Source of the DNA: Bispira polyomma
Lineage: Eukaryota
Reading direction: 5' to 3'
Length of the DNA stretch: 64,000 nt
Assembly: GCA_965649765.1 (NCBI GenBank)
Contig: OZ287758.1
Coordinates: forward strand, 17,236,001-17,300,000
The notes beneath the pieces were generated by a model. That model saw only the letters and a program-made list of their open reading frames with translations. It was not told the origin of the DNA and made no database searches. Each line of letters starts with the position of its first letter. The first letter of the stretch is position 1. This document shows, in pieces, positions 13,944 through 26,257 of this stretch. Made by a program: the position numbers and the translations under genes.

Positions 13944-14410
13944 AAAAATCCCCCAGCTTTGATTTAGTAATCAATAAGTCTTTTTAACATCTGGACAAAC
14001 GTGGCCAGTATCAATTTTCACCCAATGTGATCATGGAATTTGAGGAGGAACAATTGTACATTATCTGCGGTAAAGTCTAAGAGTCCATGCCATGTGTCTT
14101 TTAATTGCATGGGTTTTATATCCATTAATATAAAGTATTGGCAAGTGTGGAAAGCTTACCTATAAAACCACTGGAAACCCCCTTCCATCGTGATTCCAAA
14201 TGCTTAAAATACACTAGATTTTTTTTACTGGGCTCTTCCTGCTCCAATCTCTTTTAATGACCAGATACTTGGCCTATCAAAAAATCAAAAGTACAAACTT
14301 TTGACCCGTCTATTATTAGAACGAACTATGTGTGATCCCATTACAGTTTTTAAAAATAGATCTTTTCCAGTGGTTTATTGCATTGCACCATATGTTTTCT
14401 TGGTATAAAT
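13944..14410 (+). promoter_or_regulatory. Putative IL-17 A promoter with kappaB-like sites and a TATA box
   Basis: AAAAATCCCC 13944-13953 (reverse complement GGGGATTTTT); TGGAAACCCC 14172-14181; TATAAAT 14404-14410, ~130 nt before the ATG. Confidence 0.5.
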
Positions 14411-14532
14411 ACAAGGTACTAAAGTTAGTGAAGTTACAAATAAGCTGCCGTAACACTAGCTTCAATCAACGACACGGAGACAACAACAACTTAGACTTAA
14501 TCACTGACAGTATACAACAGTCAAACATTACA

Positions 14533-16292
14533 ATGATGAACTACAAATATGTGGAAAAGGTAGGACCATATCTAACTACATAGAACAGAAGTGAGCAAAG
14601 AAAAGTATTGTGGTATTTATGTTTTTATCTTTTATGTTTTTATCTTTTGAAGATATGTATATTATATCAGTGTGCCAGTTTGTGCTCAAAGAAATAATGC
14701 ATCCCCGTTTGTATTTTAAATGTGTTTTGGCCCCCCAAAATTATATTATTACTAATTCAATGAAATATACTATCAATAATCACATCATTCACAATAAGTT
14801 AAGTTCATGTAAATTACTCAGTATATACTGTTGCTCAGAGTTTAGTGACACATTTGACTGAGTTGTAGTTATTCTGTAGGTATTGGCCACTCTTCATACA
14901 CTAATGGTATATATTGTAGATTTAGTAACACATTTGACTGAGCTGTATTTATTCTGTAGGTATTGGCCACTGTTCATACACTAATGGTATATATTGTAGA
15001 TTTAGTAACACACTTGACTGAGCTGTATTTATTCTGTGGGTATTGGCCACTGTTCACACACTAATGGTATATATTGTAGATTTAGTAACACACTTGACTG
15101 AGCTGTATTTATTCTGTGGGTATTGGCCACTGTTCACACACTAATGGTATATATTGTAGATTTAGTAACACACTTGACTGAGCTGTATTTATTCTGTAGG
15201 TATTGGCCACTGTCCTCTGTTGCTATCTGGCTATGCGTGGAGTGACCGGTAGAGTGGTGGTGTGTCAGGAGCCCTCCACAGAAACCCTACACAACCAGTA
15301 CCAGGACTGGCTAGGTATAGAACCACATGAGAGCTTCAACCTCCTCCCTCAGATGGAGGCACATGTCAAGACCTTAGTCCATAATGACACAGATGCAGAG
15401 CGAGAGACCCGGATAGCCGGTAATGATGAGGAGTGTGATACCTTAAGTTTTGGGGAGGTGTACCAAAGGAGTACCTGTCCATACCATTATGTGTCTTTGG
15501 AAAATACACACATGTAAGTATAGTCAACTTGTATCTATAGTCAATGCTCCTTACAACATGTATCTATAGGCAATGCTCCTTACAACATGTATTTATAGTC
15601 AATGCTCCTTACAACATGTATCTATAGGCAATGCTCCTTACAACATGTAAAGGCACACAAATAACAGAACAATTTAAAATGCCTATTATGTATGATGGTT
15701 TTCTTGATAAATACTAAAACTTAAATACTAAACTGGACAAAAAAGTAATAAATTTAATTCCCAGCTTATATCAAATTATGATCTCATGCACTATCGGTGA
15801 ATAGACACATCGCTTTTGTATTTTTTTGAGTTAAATTTAAAGGTATAATCCCTTGGGCCTACAAACCTTAGTGTGCAAAATGTTGCTGATTTATTAAATC
15901 TCAGCCCTGTTCACTTCAAATATCAGTAGTTCATATTCAAATAAATACTAACCCAAACTCGTAAAGTACCCTACACCTTCAAAGAGGGACAAGCATGTAA
16001 ATAAACTTTACTTCCAAACTTTTGTCTTACAAACATGTTCTAATAGTTCCCTTTATGTGCGTTATTGTTAAGGTTTCCTACCAAGGTGGTCAGTGCCAGA
16101 TGTAACTCTTGTTCTGGCTGTGTTGGGGTGGCATCAGCTGATTATGGATGTTTCCCTATACCCTATTATGCCAAAGTGCTGATCAGAGACGAGTGTGTGA
16201 ATGGGGTGTACCAGTATAGACCAGCTTACGAGAAGCTGACTGTCGGCTGTGTGTGTGCCCAGAAACCCCCAGGAACTGCTATAGTCAGTTAA
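14533..16292 (+). CDS. IL17: Interleukin-17-like cytokine A (3 exons: 14533-14559, 15200-15513, 16073-16292; ~186 aa)
   Basis: Junctions: MMNYKYVEK|gtagga; ctgtag|VLATVLCCYLAMRGVTG (signal peptide)...RSTCPYHY...AT|gtaagt; taag|G-FPTKVVSARCNSCSGC...CFPIPY..KVLIRDECVNG...VGCVC. Intron phases 0 and 2 join into one open frame carrying IL-17 cystine-knot motifs. Confidence 0.9.
14841..15213 (+). repeat. 80-bp tandem repeat (~4.7 copies) built from the intron 1/exon 2 acceptor of IL-17 A
   Basis: Units start at 14841, 14921, 15001, 15081 and 15161; each contains attctgt(a/g)g|GTATTGGCCAC. Confidence 0.95.
15530..15650 (+). repeat. 29-bp tandem repeat (4 copies) just after the exon 2 donor of IL-17 A
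   Basis: caatgctcc occurs at 15542, 15571, 15600 and 15629. Confidence 0.92.
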
Positions 16293-17410
16293 ATATACTG
16301 ATGTGATGTTAGAAGACAGACAACTGTGATAGACCTTGCTTTAGTGTGATATCTACCTTAAGTGCTATGTAAAGTGCTGGGAATCCTATATATTTTGTGG
16401 ACAACTGCTATGGACCAGGACAATGATTAGGGAGAATTAATGAATTAACTAAATTCAGTATTTGCCATGGAGATTGCTAGGCAAGCATTTAGGAGCTATA
16501 AAAGTTAAGCAATTACATTACTTTGTCAACATAGACTGCCATTCGTCTTGTAATATGTATTATATGTAGGTGAATTACCAATATATTTAATCTGCATTTG
16601 ATCGACTGCATTTAATGGTTTCAGTATTATGATGTTATAGATGTATTTATATTTGTACTTATATTTGTATTCTTACCTTAATTGACTTTACGTTCACAAT
16701 AATACCAAAATCTTGTCTGTGTATTGACTTAATTGACTTTACGTTTACAATAATGCCTATATCTTATCTGTGTTTGGACATAATTGACTTTATGTTCACC
16801 ATAATGCCTATATTTTGTCTGTGTTTGGACTTAATTGGCTTTATGGTCGCCATAATGTCTTTTTTAATCTCTATAGGAATTTGTTCAGTAAAGAGACATT
16901 TTTCGTTGATCTGCTATGAGCACGTTGTACATAGTTTGTTATTTATAAATTATTTATATATTATATTTAATTTTTATACACTCATACACTGTAAATAGAA
17001 GTCATGTTTACTATTTATTGACTATTATTGTTGTTATTTTTATAAACCTTATTTACTCGGAATAATTGTTTTCATTTGAGTTATATGGCTTAGCTATAAA
17101 TTTGTTTAGCGCAATATGGCTATTAATTTGTTAACCGCAAAAAAATATTTGGCTGATGTGATCCATTATTTGAAAAAAAAGTGTAATACTTTTCAAGTTC
17201 GACTTTATATTGCATTTTTTCATGTGATATTATTGTTTTAATTTATGTCATTAATCTTTTGATTAAGTTGAAGTTGCAGTTATTTTTAATGTTTTATATT
17301 TTAACGATAAACAAAAAGTTGTTGTCTGTTTTAAATATCTGCATAAATTGTAATGACAGTATTATCAAGTTATTTTGATGTAGTTTTATAATGAAATATT
17401 AGACAATAAA
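16293..17410 (+). promoter_or_regulatory. AU-rich 3' UTR and candidate polyadenylation signal of IL-17 A
   Basis: Clustered TTATTTAT/ATTTA motifs (e.g. 16939-16970) and AATAAA at 17405-17410. The background is AT-rich, so specificity is low. Confidence 0.4.
16678..16862 (+). repeat. 51-bp tandem repeat (~3.6 copies) in the putative 3' UTR of IL-17 A
   Basis: attg(a/g)cttta occurs at 16681, 16732, 16783 and 16834. Confidence 0.88.
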
Positions 17411-18589
17411 GCTGAAAGTTCTATTTCATATAACAGGATACTTTTCTGGATACTTCCTCATATTGTTCCTTCTTTCATGACAGAAGGAACATTTGTCTGT
17501 TGATCAGCCATTTACACAAACAAATGAAAATTATTTTATGGCTATTGAATAAATACATATGCCATTGGTGGAAACTGAAAAATTAAACTATGGTTACTGT
17601 GCAATTGTTTTGTCACATAAGACCATACTTACAATTCTGCGTAAATCCGACGAATATCTAAACTACAGGTACTGAAAGCAAGTACTAAAACATTCCAAGT
17701 ATTGATTGTGACCTACGCCATGAAGAGATTGCTTTAATGAATGCTGAATCGTCACACATGTATTCAATAGATAAAATGGAGTACATTAAATCATACAGGG
17801 ATCCACTAAAGAGTGTTCGGACACCGTTGTGGTTAGTTCCCTGTATGGTATAGATCGACTAAATCTGATCTTAGAGTTAATAATTTCTCTCTTTAATAAT
17901 TCCATTGTAGTGTTCCTCAGTATCTGTAGAAACAATTCCATACTTAGGCTTACATTGTGAGACAGTAAATGCATTGTACTGCTAGTATTTATTAATCGAA
18001 AAAACAATGCATTTTTGTATCACTAATTCAATTTAAAATGAAATATTTTATTTTGATGAAAAAATTACAAAGTTTTGGATCAGTTTACATTACAGCAGCA
18101 CAACAGTAATCTGCTAAACCTGCTGACCATTCTCTATACCCTCAGACACTTCTATGTGCACAGTATGGCATTTCAAGACAGAGCCTGTATAATTGGCAAT
18201 CATTATTTGCAATAAAACTACTACCAATTATCAGTTCAAACTGAATAGATCTTACAGCTAATTTACCATATGCCACTTGATACATTCTTACAAATCCAAG
18301 CTTCATTACTTTCAATAAACGATTGTTGTACTACGTTTTACTGCTTCATTGAGTCTAGGCCTCTTGTGAATTGCTGAAGTACCACAACATGTTACTAAAT
18401 TCTCTCTGTAAAGCTCATAGGTTTTTTCATTTGAACTCAAGAAAAGGCTCTTTAGAATGTTATTGTCAGGTCACAGTTCCATTTGTTCCAGTGAAGTGGT
18501 GTCAGGGGTTTTGTCGAGGCCAAAGTGAGCAACACTCTAATATGCCGTTCAACATTTATTCTACTGTTATTATGGTAACTTAAGGTTAC

Positions 18590-19560
18590 AATGTCTTAAC
18601 CCTGGAAACTTGTCAATTCCACAAAGCTCCATTCTTGGTTCTTTTGAGTATACAGCATACACATTTCTGTTAGGAGACATAAGTTGCAAACATAAACTGC
18701 AGTAGCACTTCTATGCCGATGACACCCAACTTTAAATTGCCTTTGAAATTACCTGTGTAACAGCTCTATTTGATGCCGTCGAAAGAGTAAAAAATTTTGT
18801 CACTGAAGTAAGTCGTTGGATGTTAATAAATAAATTAAAACTAAATGAGAATAAAACAGAGGTTCTTTTATTAAAATCTCCGTATCTGAAGAAGAAAACT
18901 CCCAGTTAAGACTTTTAGTTTTTGAAATACTTAAGTCAAAACAACAAAGAATGCAAGAAACATTGCTATGATTTGGGATGAATTTATGAGCATGACTGAC
19001 TAAATATCTTCAAAATGCAGGTCCACAAACTTTCACCTGGGAAACATTGGACAAATTCGAAAATTTATAACCAAGAATGCATGTTCTTGTTTAGTCCACT
19101 CTTTGATTACCTTCAGGCTGAATTATGCCAACTCTCTTTTGTTTGGACTTCCCAACAATCATCTGAACAGACTACAGAGGATCTTGCATAATGCTGCTAG
19201 AATGATCAGCCTAAGGTCAAACAGTGTTATATCTCTCTCATTCGCGACACTGGTTGCCAATACAACAAAGAATTAAGTTTAATATTTTGTTGCTAACATT
19301 TAAGGCCTTACGTGGACTTACAATACAATACATCAGGAATATGCTAAGCTTATAAAGACGACCAAGGGCGTTACGATCAAGTAGAAATTACCTGTTAATG
19401 TTCGCAAAATATCTCCACATTAGGGATTGATCATTTTCACACAGTGCTCCTATGTTATGGAACAGTTTACCAACTGACACCTTGATTGATTGAAGAACTT
19501 TTAAGTTTTAAATGTGTAATTAACAGTTTTGTTCAATGAAGCTTACACAGGTGTAATCTA
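18590..19560 (+). mobile_element. Highly decayed L2/CR1-group LINE 3' fragment
   Basis: Remnants FYADDT (~18709), LKLNENKTE, RLNYANSLLFGLP, HWLPIQQRIKF and APMLWNSLP, with many stops. Confidence 0.75.
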
Positions 19561-20673
19561 ATCTGTTGCAGTGATTATCTTTATATATATATATATATAT
19601 ATATTGGCACATTAAATACTTATTATTGTGTAGCACCAATAGTTCTATAAAATAAATTTTATTGATTCCAGTACCCGCGGCATGATTCTTCATTACTTAA
19701 AATTCAATCTGATTACAAAATGTATGGCTTCTGTCAATCTTTATACACTAATATTGTATCAGGTTAACTCTTATGGACGACAGTAGGTATATAAAGATTA
19801 TTCTACATTTGAATTTAATGTTGTTTTTAATATGTTTGTATAATGTTTCAACGGGCAGTTTATTGTTGGAGGAAATCAGAATCAGGTAGTTGGTTAAGAT
19901 TTATGTTTTACAAACCAGTGGCCTGTAGCAAATCTACCGCTAACTTCCTCCACTACAAGCCGACTGCAAGGGCAGAGAGGATGTATGTTACGACTACATT
20001 ACGGAGGTCCCAACAGATACAGTATACATAGCAATATACTAGTATCCCGGTATTACAGCATTATATGAATAAACAAGTGCTTTACATCTTTATATATTAT
20101 ACCTCATAATATTCCATTGGCATAGACATAATATCACATGACCTGTTCTATTCTAATAGGGAGCCCTCATTCTCAAAGTAGATGGCACCAGAGAAACTAA
20201 TTGCCCCACCCCCATTAAAGGGCATTTTTTTACGAAGTACCCTTAAATTTTTCTCTTTTTTTTCTTGTGAGCAATGAGTAATGTGCCTCAAGCCAATTGC
20301 CCTGACTTCTGGCTGTTTTACATTCCTATAGTGCCTTCCAAACAGCCGTTCAAAACAGTAAGTAAGCGGTGTTTATGGACCAATAATGTACTCATACAAG
20401 ACTTACTTACTAGCATATGAGTTACAAACCTAATATAATGTGTGCTGAAGTGAAAAATTACAATGGTATTTTCATTAAAAGATATACTAAAATATGACAA
20501 GACATTTGTTACATTGATATACATAATGTAGACACAATGGGTCTGGAGTCATATTCACAAACATTTTCTTAATCTCAGCCAACCAGATTTTTTAAAATGA
20601 ATGCTCTGGTTATAATTAACTGGTTCTTGAGACCATTAGAAGTGTATGTGTTTTGGAGGGTGTGTATATTATA

Positions 20674-21532
20674 AGGAATAGCTTGTCTGTTTACTTAGGT
20701 AGGAATAGCTTGTCTCTTTACTTATGTAGGAATAGTTTGTCTGTTTACTTAGGTAGGAATAGCTTGTCTCTTTACTTAGGAAGGTATAGCTTGTCTCTTT
20801 ACTTAGGTAGGAAAGGCTTGTCTCTTTACTTAGGTAGGAATAGCTTGTCTGTTTACTTAGGTAGGAATAGCTTGTCTGTTTACTTAGGTAGTAATAGCTT
20901 GTTTGTACACTTAGGTAGTAATAGCTTGTCTGTTTACTTAGGTAAGAATAGCTTGTCTCTTTACTTAAGTAGGAATAGCTTGTCTGTTTACTTAGGTAGG
21001 AATAGCTTGTCTCTTTACTTAGGTAGGAATAGCTTGTCTCTTTACTTAGGTAGGTATAGCTTGTCTATTTACTCAGGTAGGAATAGCTTGTCTGTTTACT
21101 TAGGTAGGAATAGCTTGTCTCTTTACTTAGGTAGGTATAGCTTGTCTCTTTACTTAGGTAGGTATAGCTTGTCTCTTTACTTAGGTAGGAATAGCTTGTC
21201 TCTTTACTTAGGTAGGTATAGCTTGTCTCTTTACTTAGGTAGGAATAGCTTGTCTGTTTACTCAGGTAGGTATAGCTTGTCTCTTTACTTAGGTAGGTAT
21301 AGCTTGTCTCTTAAGTAGGTATATCATGTCTGTTTACTTAGGTAGGTATAGCTTGTCTGTTTACTTAGGTAGGAATAGCTTGTCTCTTTACTTAGGTAGG
21401 AATAGCTTGTCTCTTTATTTAGGTAGGTATAGCTTGTCTGTTTATTTAGGTAGGAATAGCTTGTCTGTTTACTTAGGTAGGAATAGCTTGTCTCTTTACT
21501 TAGGTAGGAATAGCTTGTCTCTTTATTTAGGT
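20674..21532 (+). repeat. 27-bp minisatellite (~31 copies)
   Basis: Consensus AGG(A/T)ATAGCTTGTCT(C/G)TTTACTTAGGT. Confidence 0.97.
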
Positions 21533-21694
21533 ACCATCAAACCCCGAGTGACCACAATAAGTATGAACTACTCTGGGTATTTACCTCAATTTAATCCGGA
21601 TTGTGTAAATGGCACCTGTAAATGCAAGGAGTGATTACCTCAAAGAAGTGTAAGATTTAGGCTCAACTTTGTCTCAATATAAGTCTTCTCAGAA

Positions 21695-23520
21695 CTTTGT
21701 AATTGTAATTAGACTTTTATTGCGCTTAATCTCCCCTTAACAAAGGGGACTCTAAGGCGCACCAGCACAAAAGACAGTTATCCAATTGCCAAAATCAAGG
21801 GACAGAAAAAAGGGTCAGCAACGTAGAGTGCGCCGGGGGATGATTGAAACTAAGGTGGATATGCTTTAGTGTACAAGTGGGTTTTAAGCTTCTTTCTAAA
21901 ACTGGCTAGTGAGGGGGAAGCACGAATCATATCAGGGAGACCATTCCAAACAATGGGAGCATCAAAAGCAAAGCTGTGACCAAACTGTTTAACCGACTTT
22001 TGAGTAGATGGGTGGAACTTTGGAACAACAAGGAAATTACTACCACTCTGACTGCGTCGGGTATTGTAGGAATTACTGTAAGTGGAAAGATATGGGGCAA
22101 AATACTTTGGAAACCCAGTGTGGAGAAGCTTATAAACAAGTGTAGCTGTCTTAAACACTGAACGCTGTTCAACAGGGAGCCAATGCAATTTCTTCAGAAC
22201 AGGAGTTATACTAGTGTATCGACTGGTGTTTGACACAATTCTAGCGGCACTATTTTGAATGCATTGTAATTTGCGTAAATTAAACTTTGAGAGACTCCTG
22301 AAAAGTGAATTGCAGTAATCCAGTCTACTACTGACAAAAGCATTGGCTACAAGTATAGAGGCATCATAAGTGAGAAACCGTCTGACACGTCTAAAGTTAC
22401 GAAGTTGCATAAAACAGCTTTTGCAGACACTCTGAACGTGTTTAGAGAAAGAAAAGTCAGAGTCAAACCATACACCCAGGTTCTTGACAGAATCAGCTGG
22501 ACTGCAAGGGCTACCCAAGATGTCAACTGGGAACAATGCTTTCAACTTATCCCTCTGTTGTTTTGAGCCAAAGATTATGAACTCAGTTTTATCGGGATTA
22601 AGTTTAAGGTTACCAGTTGACATCCACTCTTTCACATCGTCAAGGCACCTGTTCAACTGTTCTAAGGCAGTGGATGTGTTTTTATGGGATAGGTGCACAT
22701 AAATTTGGGTATCATCTGCATAAAAATGAAACTTTATACCTGTGTATTTGCCAATAACCAATCTAAGAGGGGAAGTGTATAATGAGAACAACAGAGGGCC
22801 CAAAACAGAACCTTGAGGAACACCAAACAAGAGTTTACAAAGATCGGACAGAGTAGAGCCAATTTTTATCGACTGATAACGATCAGTTAAGTAGGAAGTG
22901 AACCATTTAAGAACAGAGCCCCTAACTCCAAACCAAGTCTGAAGACAACTGAGAAGCGTGGAATGATCAATGGTGTCAAATGCAGCAGAGAGGTCAAGCA
23001 ATACCAGGGCAGTAGGTTCCCCTCTTGACAAAGATAGGTGAACTTCATTTTTTATAGACAGGAGAGCTGTCTCAGTCGAATGACCAGTTTTATACGCAGA
23101 CTGGTATGGGTTGTCTAAGTCGTGGACAAAGATGTGATCTAACAGTTGCCTAGCAACCACGCGTTCAACCAGTTTTGATATAAAACTAATACCAGATACA
23201 GGGCGATAATTCTTCAGGTCATCAACTGGAAGAGAAGCCTTCTTAATAAGAGGAGTAACCACAGCTGTTTTAAAACCATCAGGTACATGTCCCTCCGTAA
23301 GTGAGCAGTTTACAAGCTTTGTAATGGATGGTAGTAATATATCACTACATTCTTTAATAAGAGATGTTGGCCATGGATCCAACATGCAGGATTTTGTAGG
23401 CGAGTTACTTATTATTTTACTAACATCATCTTCGGAGATTCTGGTAAAGGCAGTAATTTCTGGGGGATCAGAAAGAGGATGAACATCAATTTTTGTTCCA
23501 GAGACAACAAAAGTATCTAC
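21695..23520 (-). mobile_element. 5'-truncated, relatively young L2/CR1-group LINE
   Basis: Uninterrupted RT ORF, a 3' UTR and a short (TACAAT)-like tail near 21700. Confidence 0.92.
21850..23385 (-). CDS. LINE ORF2 reverse transcriptase (C-terminal 511 aa)
   Basis: Motifs [67 protein letters not shown] and LHWLP. Confidence 0.9.
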   Translation of the reverse strand: MLDPWPTSLIKECSDILLPSITKLVNCSLTEGHVPDGFKTAVVTPLIKKASLPVDDLKNYRPVSGISFISKLVERVVARQLLDHIFVHDLDNPYQSAYKTGHSTETALLSIKNEVHLSLSRGEPTALVLLDLSAAFDTIDHSTLLSCLQTWFGVRGSVLKWFTSYLTDRYQSIKIGSTLSDLCKLLFGVPQGSVLGPLLFSLYTSPLRLVIGKYTGIKFHFYADDTQIYVHLSHKNTSTALEQLNRCLDDVKEWMSTGNLKLNPDKTEFIIFGSKQQRDKLKALFPVDILGSPCSPADSVKNLGVWFDSDFSFSKHVQSVCKSCFMQLRNFRRVRRFLTYDASILVANAFVSSRLDYCNSLFRSLSKFNLRKLQCIQNSAARIVSNTSRYTSITPVLKKLHWLPVEQRSVFKTATLVYKLLHTGFPKYFAPYLSTYSNSYNTRRSQSGSNFLVVPKFHPSTQKSVKQFGHSFAFDAPIVWNGLPDMIRASPSLASFRKKLKTHLYTKAYPP

Positions 23521-23794
23521 TAAAGTTTTTTGTGCACACTTTTACACTTTTCTACACTTTGCTGCATGTTAACACATTGAAATACTTACGATTCAGTATA
23601 TAGTCATATATTACATATATAAGTTGTTTTATTTGAGTGTATAATGTGTTATGAACTCGTCATTTATGCTGACATTGTGTTCTGTGATGTGTGCCACACA
23701 TATGGTAACTAGTACATGTAGATATATTTAATAAAATAATTATTGACAAAAAAAAGCTGAAAACCAATCTCTTCAAACTTCCTTCTCCCCCTAA

Positions 23795-24523
23795 AGGGTC
23801 GAATATACTGATGATCAAATTTGTACACTACATTGGAAAAACTGGCCAATTTTTTTTAATTATTTAAATTTCACGTTCAAGACCGATTTTGAACAATCGG
23901 CTCCCGATTCGGAGGTAACGTCGGTCAGATGTATCCTACCTTTCTGTTTTCTTAGGTTTCAATTTTTTCGGATGACAGAAACGGGCATCGGATGACGAAT
24001 TCTGAAGCAAAATCGGTCAGGTCTATTTACCCCTTTAGCCTGGGCTTCCATTTAGAACATTTTTTTTGCCGACATGGGCCGATTTTATCAGTCATTAGAG
24101 AATATGACCAAGTGCTTCCTTTTATCATGTTTGCATCAGATCAGAACAGACGTCAGCAGACGTCCATTGGGCGAACATATTTAATCTGTCAGGGAGGGAA
24201 AGAAACGGGAGGTCTGTCTAAATTTGAGAACCAATATGAAGAACAAAAAAAATATATATTAAAATATTTAGTAAATATCAGCTGAAAGCAAGTGCTATAT
24301 CGGCCGACGTCGGATTGAATCGGACACCTAAAAAAAAGGGACACCTCGGCCGATGTCAGAATGTGCTGAAAGGAAGCCAAGACTTAAGGGGTAAATAGCC
24401 TAGCCGACGTCACCTCAGATTCGTGAGCCAATTTTTTTGGCTATACATATAGCATTTCGGATGATGGAAATGGACGTTGGGTGACAGATTCGGAAACAAA
24501 ATCGGCCATGTGTATTCGTCCCT
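23795..24523. mobile_element. Stack of three abutting MITEs (family 2: 23795-24034; family 1: 24038-24383; family 2: 24387-24523)
   Basis: Termini AGGG...CCCT and GCCTGGGCTTCC...GGAAGCCAAGAC, each joined by a TTA trinucleotide. Confidence 0.75.
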
Positions 24524-25949
24524 TTAGTCGCCTCTTTGTACACCACATATCCTTCCTTATTACCTGTGTTTTTTAGACTTCTTCATTGGTGAATTGATTC
24601 TGTTGTTGCACTTTAAAATTGCACTGCGTTAAAATTAAAAAATACAATACAATTTTGGTGTTAGCTGGCAACTTGGCAGGAGAAGGTTGACTTATTGGTG
24701 CGAAGGGCTTCAGGTGTAACATTGTTTCTAAGAATTTCTCCCATCCTTATTCTCCCTAATATTTAGGGCTTCTTTAGTGTTTGGCTTTTGGACACCTTTA
24801 GTAATTATTTCTAAACCTTATTAAGTTATACATATTTTTCATATCTGCTATGCTGCGATTTATGTAATATACTGGTTATTCTAATGTTAAATGTTGTTGG
24901 TGTGCAATTTTTGTGAATTCCACTTAGGTGATCAGCTATAAATTGGGCATATGATGCTTGGTTATGCTGATTTTACTTTAAATTAAAACTGCAGTATTTC
25001 ATGACTGTCTGCTAGACTAAGGATCAGTGTTGCCCACATTGACAAAACTCGGTGAGACCAAATATTGTCTCAAGACCCAAAATCAGTCACAGCACAAATT
25101 TACAACAATATAATGTAATGCCTATCTAGTTTTATTAATTGTTTCTTAATTTATGTCGCATCTCCCAAAAAGTTCTCTTTAATTCTTCTGCCAACTTTAC
25201 GCCAACCATGGAATATAATAATCTATTGGTACATTTTAAATAACCCCATAATTTCCAGAGGTTAGCTTCGTTCCATTTAAACATTCATTTATCTTGCCAA
25301 TTTATGATCAAGCACTCACTACAAATTGAAATACCTTTTCTTTCCACATTTTTTATTGTATCAAATCAACCTATTTTCAATCCTATTGTACTTTTCCATA
25401 CAATAATAGGATTATTGTGTCTATCTGTATAATCCTCTGTGGAATACCTCGCTTAATCTGTCTGGTACAATGAATCCAGGTTTCTCAAACATTTTTTTTT
25501 GTCACAAGTGGAATAACAGTTAGTCCCAGTGTCAGCTAACTGATGTGAGGTGGTCTAACATTAAATATATTAACTGTCCAATTATTGCATAAGCATAACA
25601 GGTAATACATATACAGTTCATGCAGACTAACGCTTCTATTTTTTTCCATGTATACAAGTAATTTTTGCTGAATGTTTTAACAGGAAAATCCTAATTTTAA
25701 TGGAAAATATAACACCACTTATTCAAGATTTCATTCATGTGACATCATAGATTCAAATATATATAAATATCACACACACCACATATGTTTGAATAAAATA
25801 CTTTTTAGTTATTCTTTAAACGGTTTTATTATTAGCTAAAGATGCACATAATTCACATAAAACAGGTATGTATGTTGGCGTTGTTTTGTATACAGTTATA
25901 TGTAAGATCATTTAGTTGCCATAAATGTTAGTGGCAAAGGACTGCATAA

Positions 25950-26257
25950 AGGGGCGAATAGACCTGGCCGATTTCGTTTCCAAATCCATCATCCGTTTCC
26001 GCCATCCAAAATGCTATATGTATATCTAAAAAAATTTGCTCCCGAATCTGATGTGACATCAGCCAGGTGTATTCTACTTCTCTATTTCTGTCATCCGGCC
26101 TTGGACCGATTTTGAACAATCAGCTCCCAATTTGTAGCTGACGTCGGTCAGGTGTATCCTACTTCTCTGTTGTCTTAGATTTTAATTTTTTGGGATGACA
26201 GAAACAGATGTCGGATGATGGATTTGGAAGCAATATCTGACAGATATATTTCCCCCT
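25950..26257. mobile_element. MITE (family 2) with ~70-bp imperfect TIRs
   Basis: taaAGGGGCGAATAGACC...TTCCAAATCCATCATCCG and CGGATGATGGATTTGGAA...ATTTCCCCCTtta; 26103-26260 is similar to 23880-24037. Confidence 0.75.

Noticed and set aside
14841-15213. CRISPR-like appearance of this and the other regular arrays
   Set aside because: Units are head-to-tail with no unique spacers, there are no cas genes, and the context is eukaryotic.
20653-21634. RNSLSLYLG-repeat ORFs resembling leucine-rich repeats
   Set aside because: These are 27-bp minisatellite translations without a true ATG start, broken by an indel near 21312; the 9-aa period does not fit an LRR.
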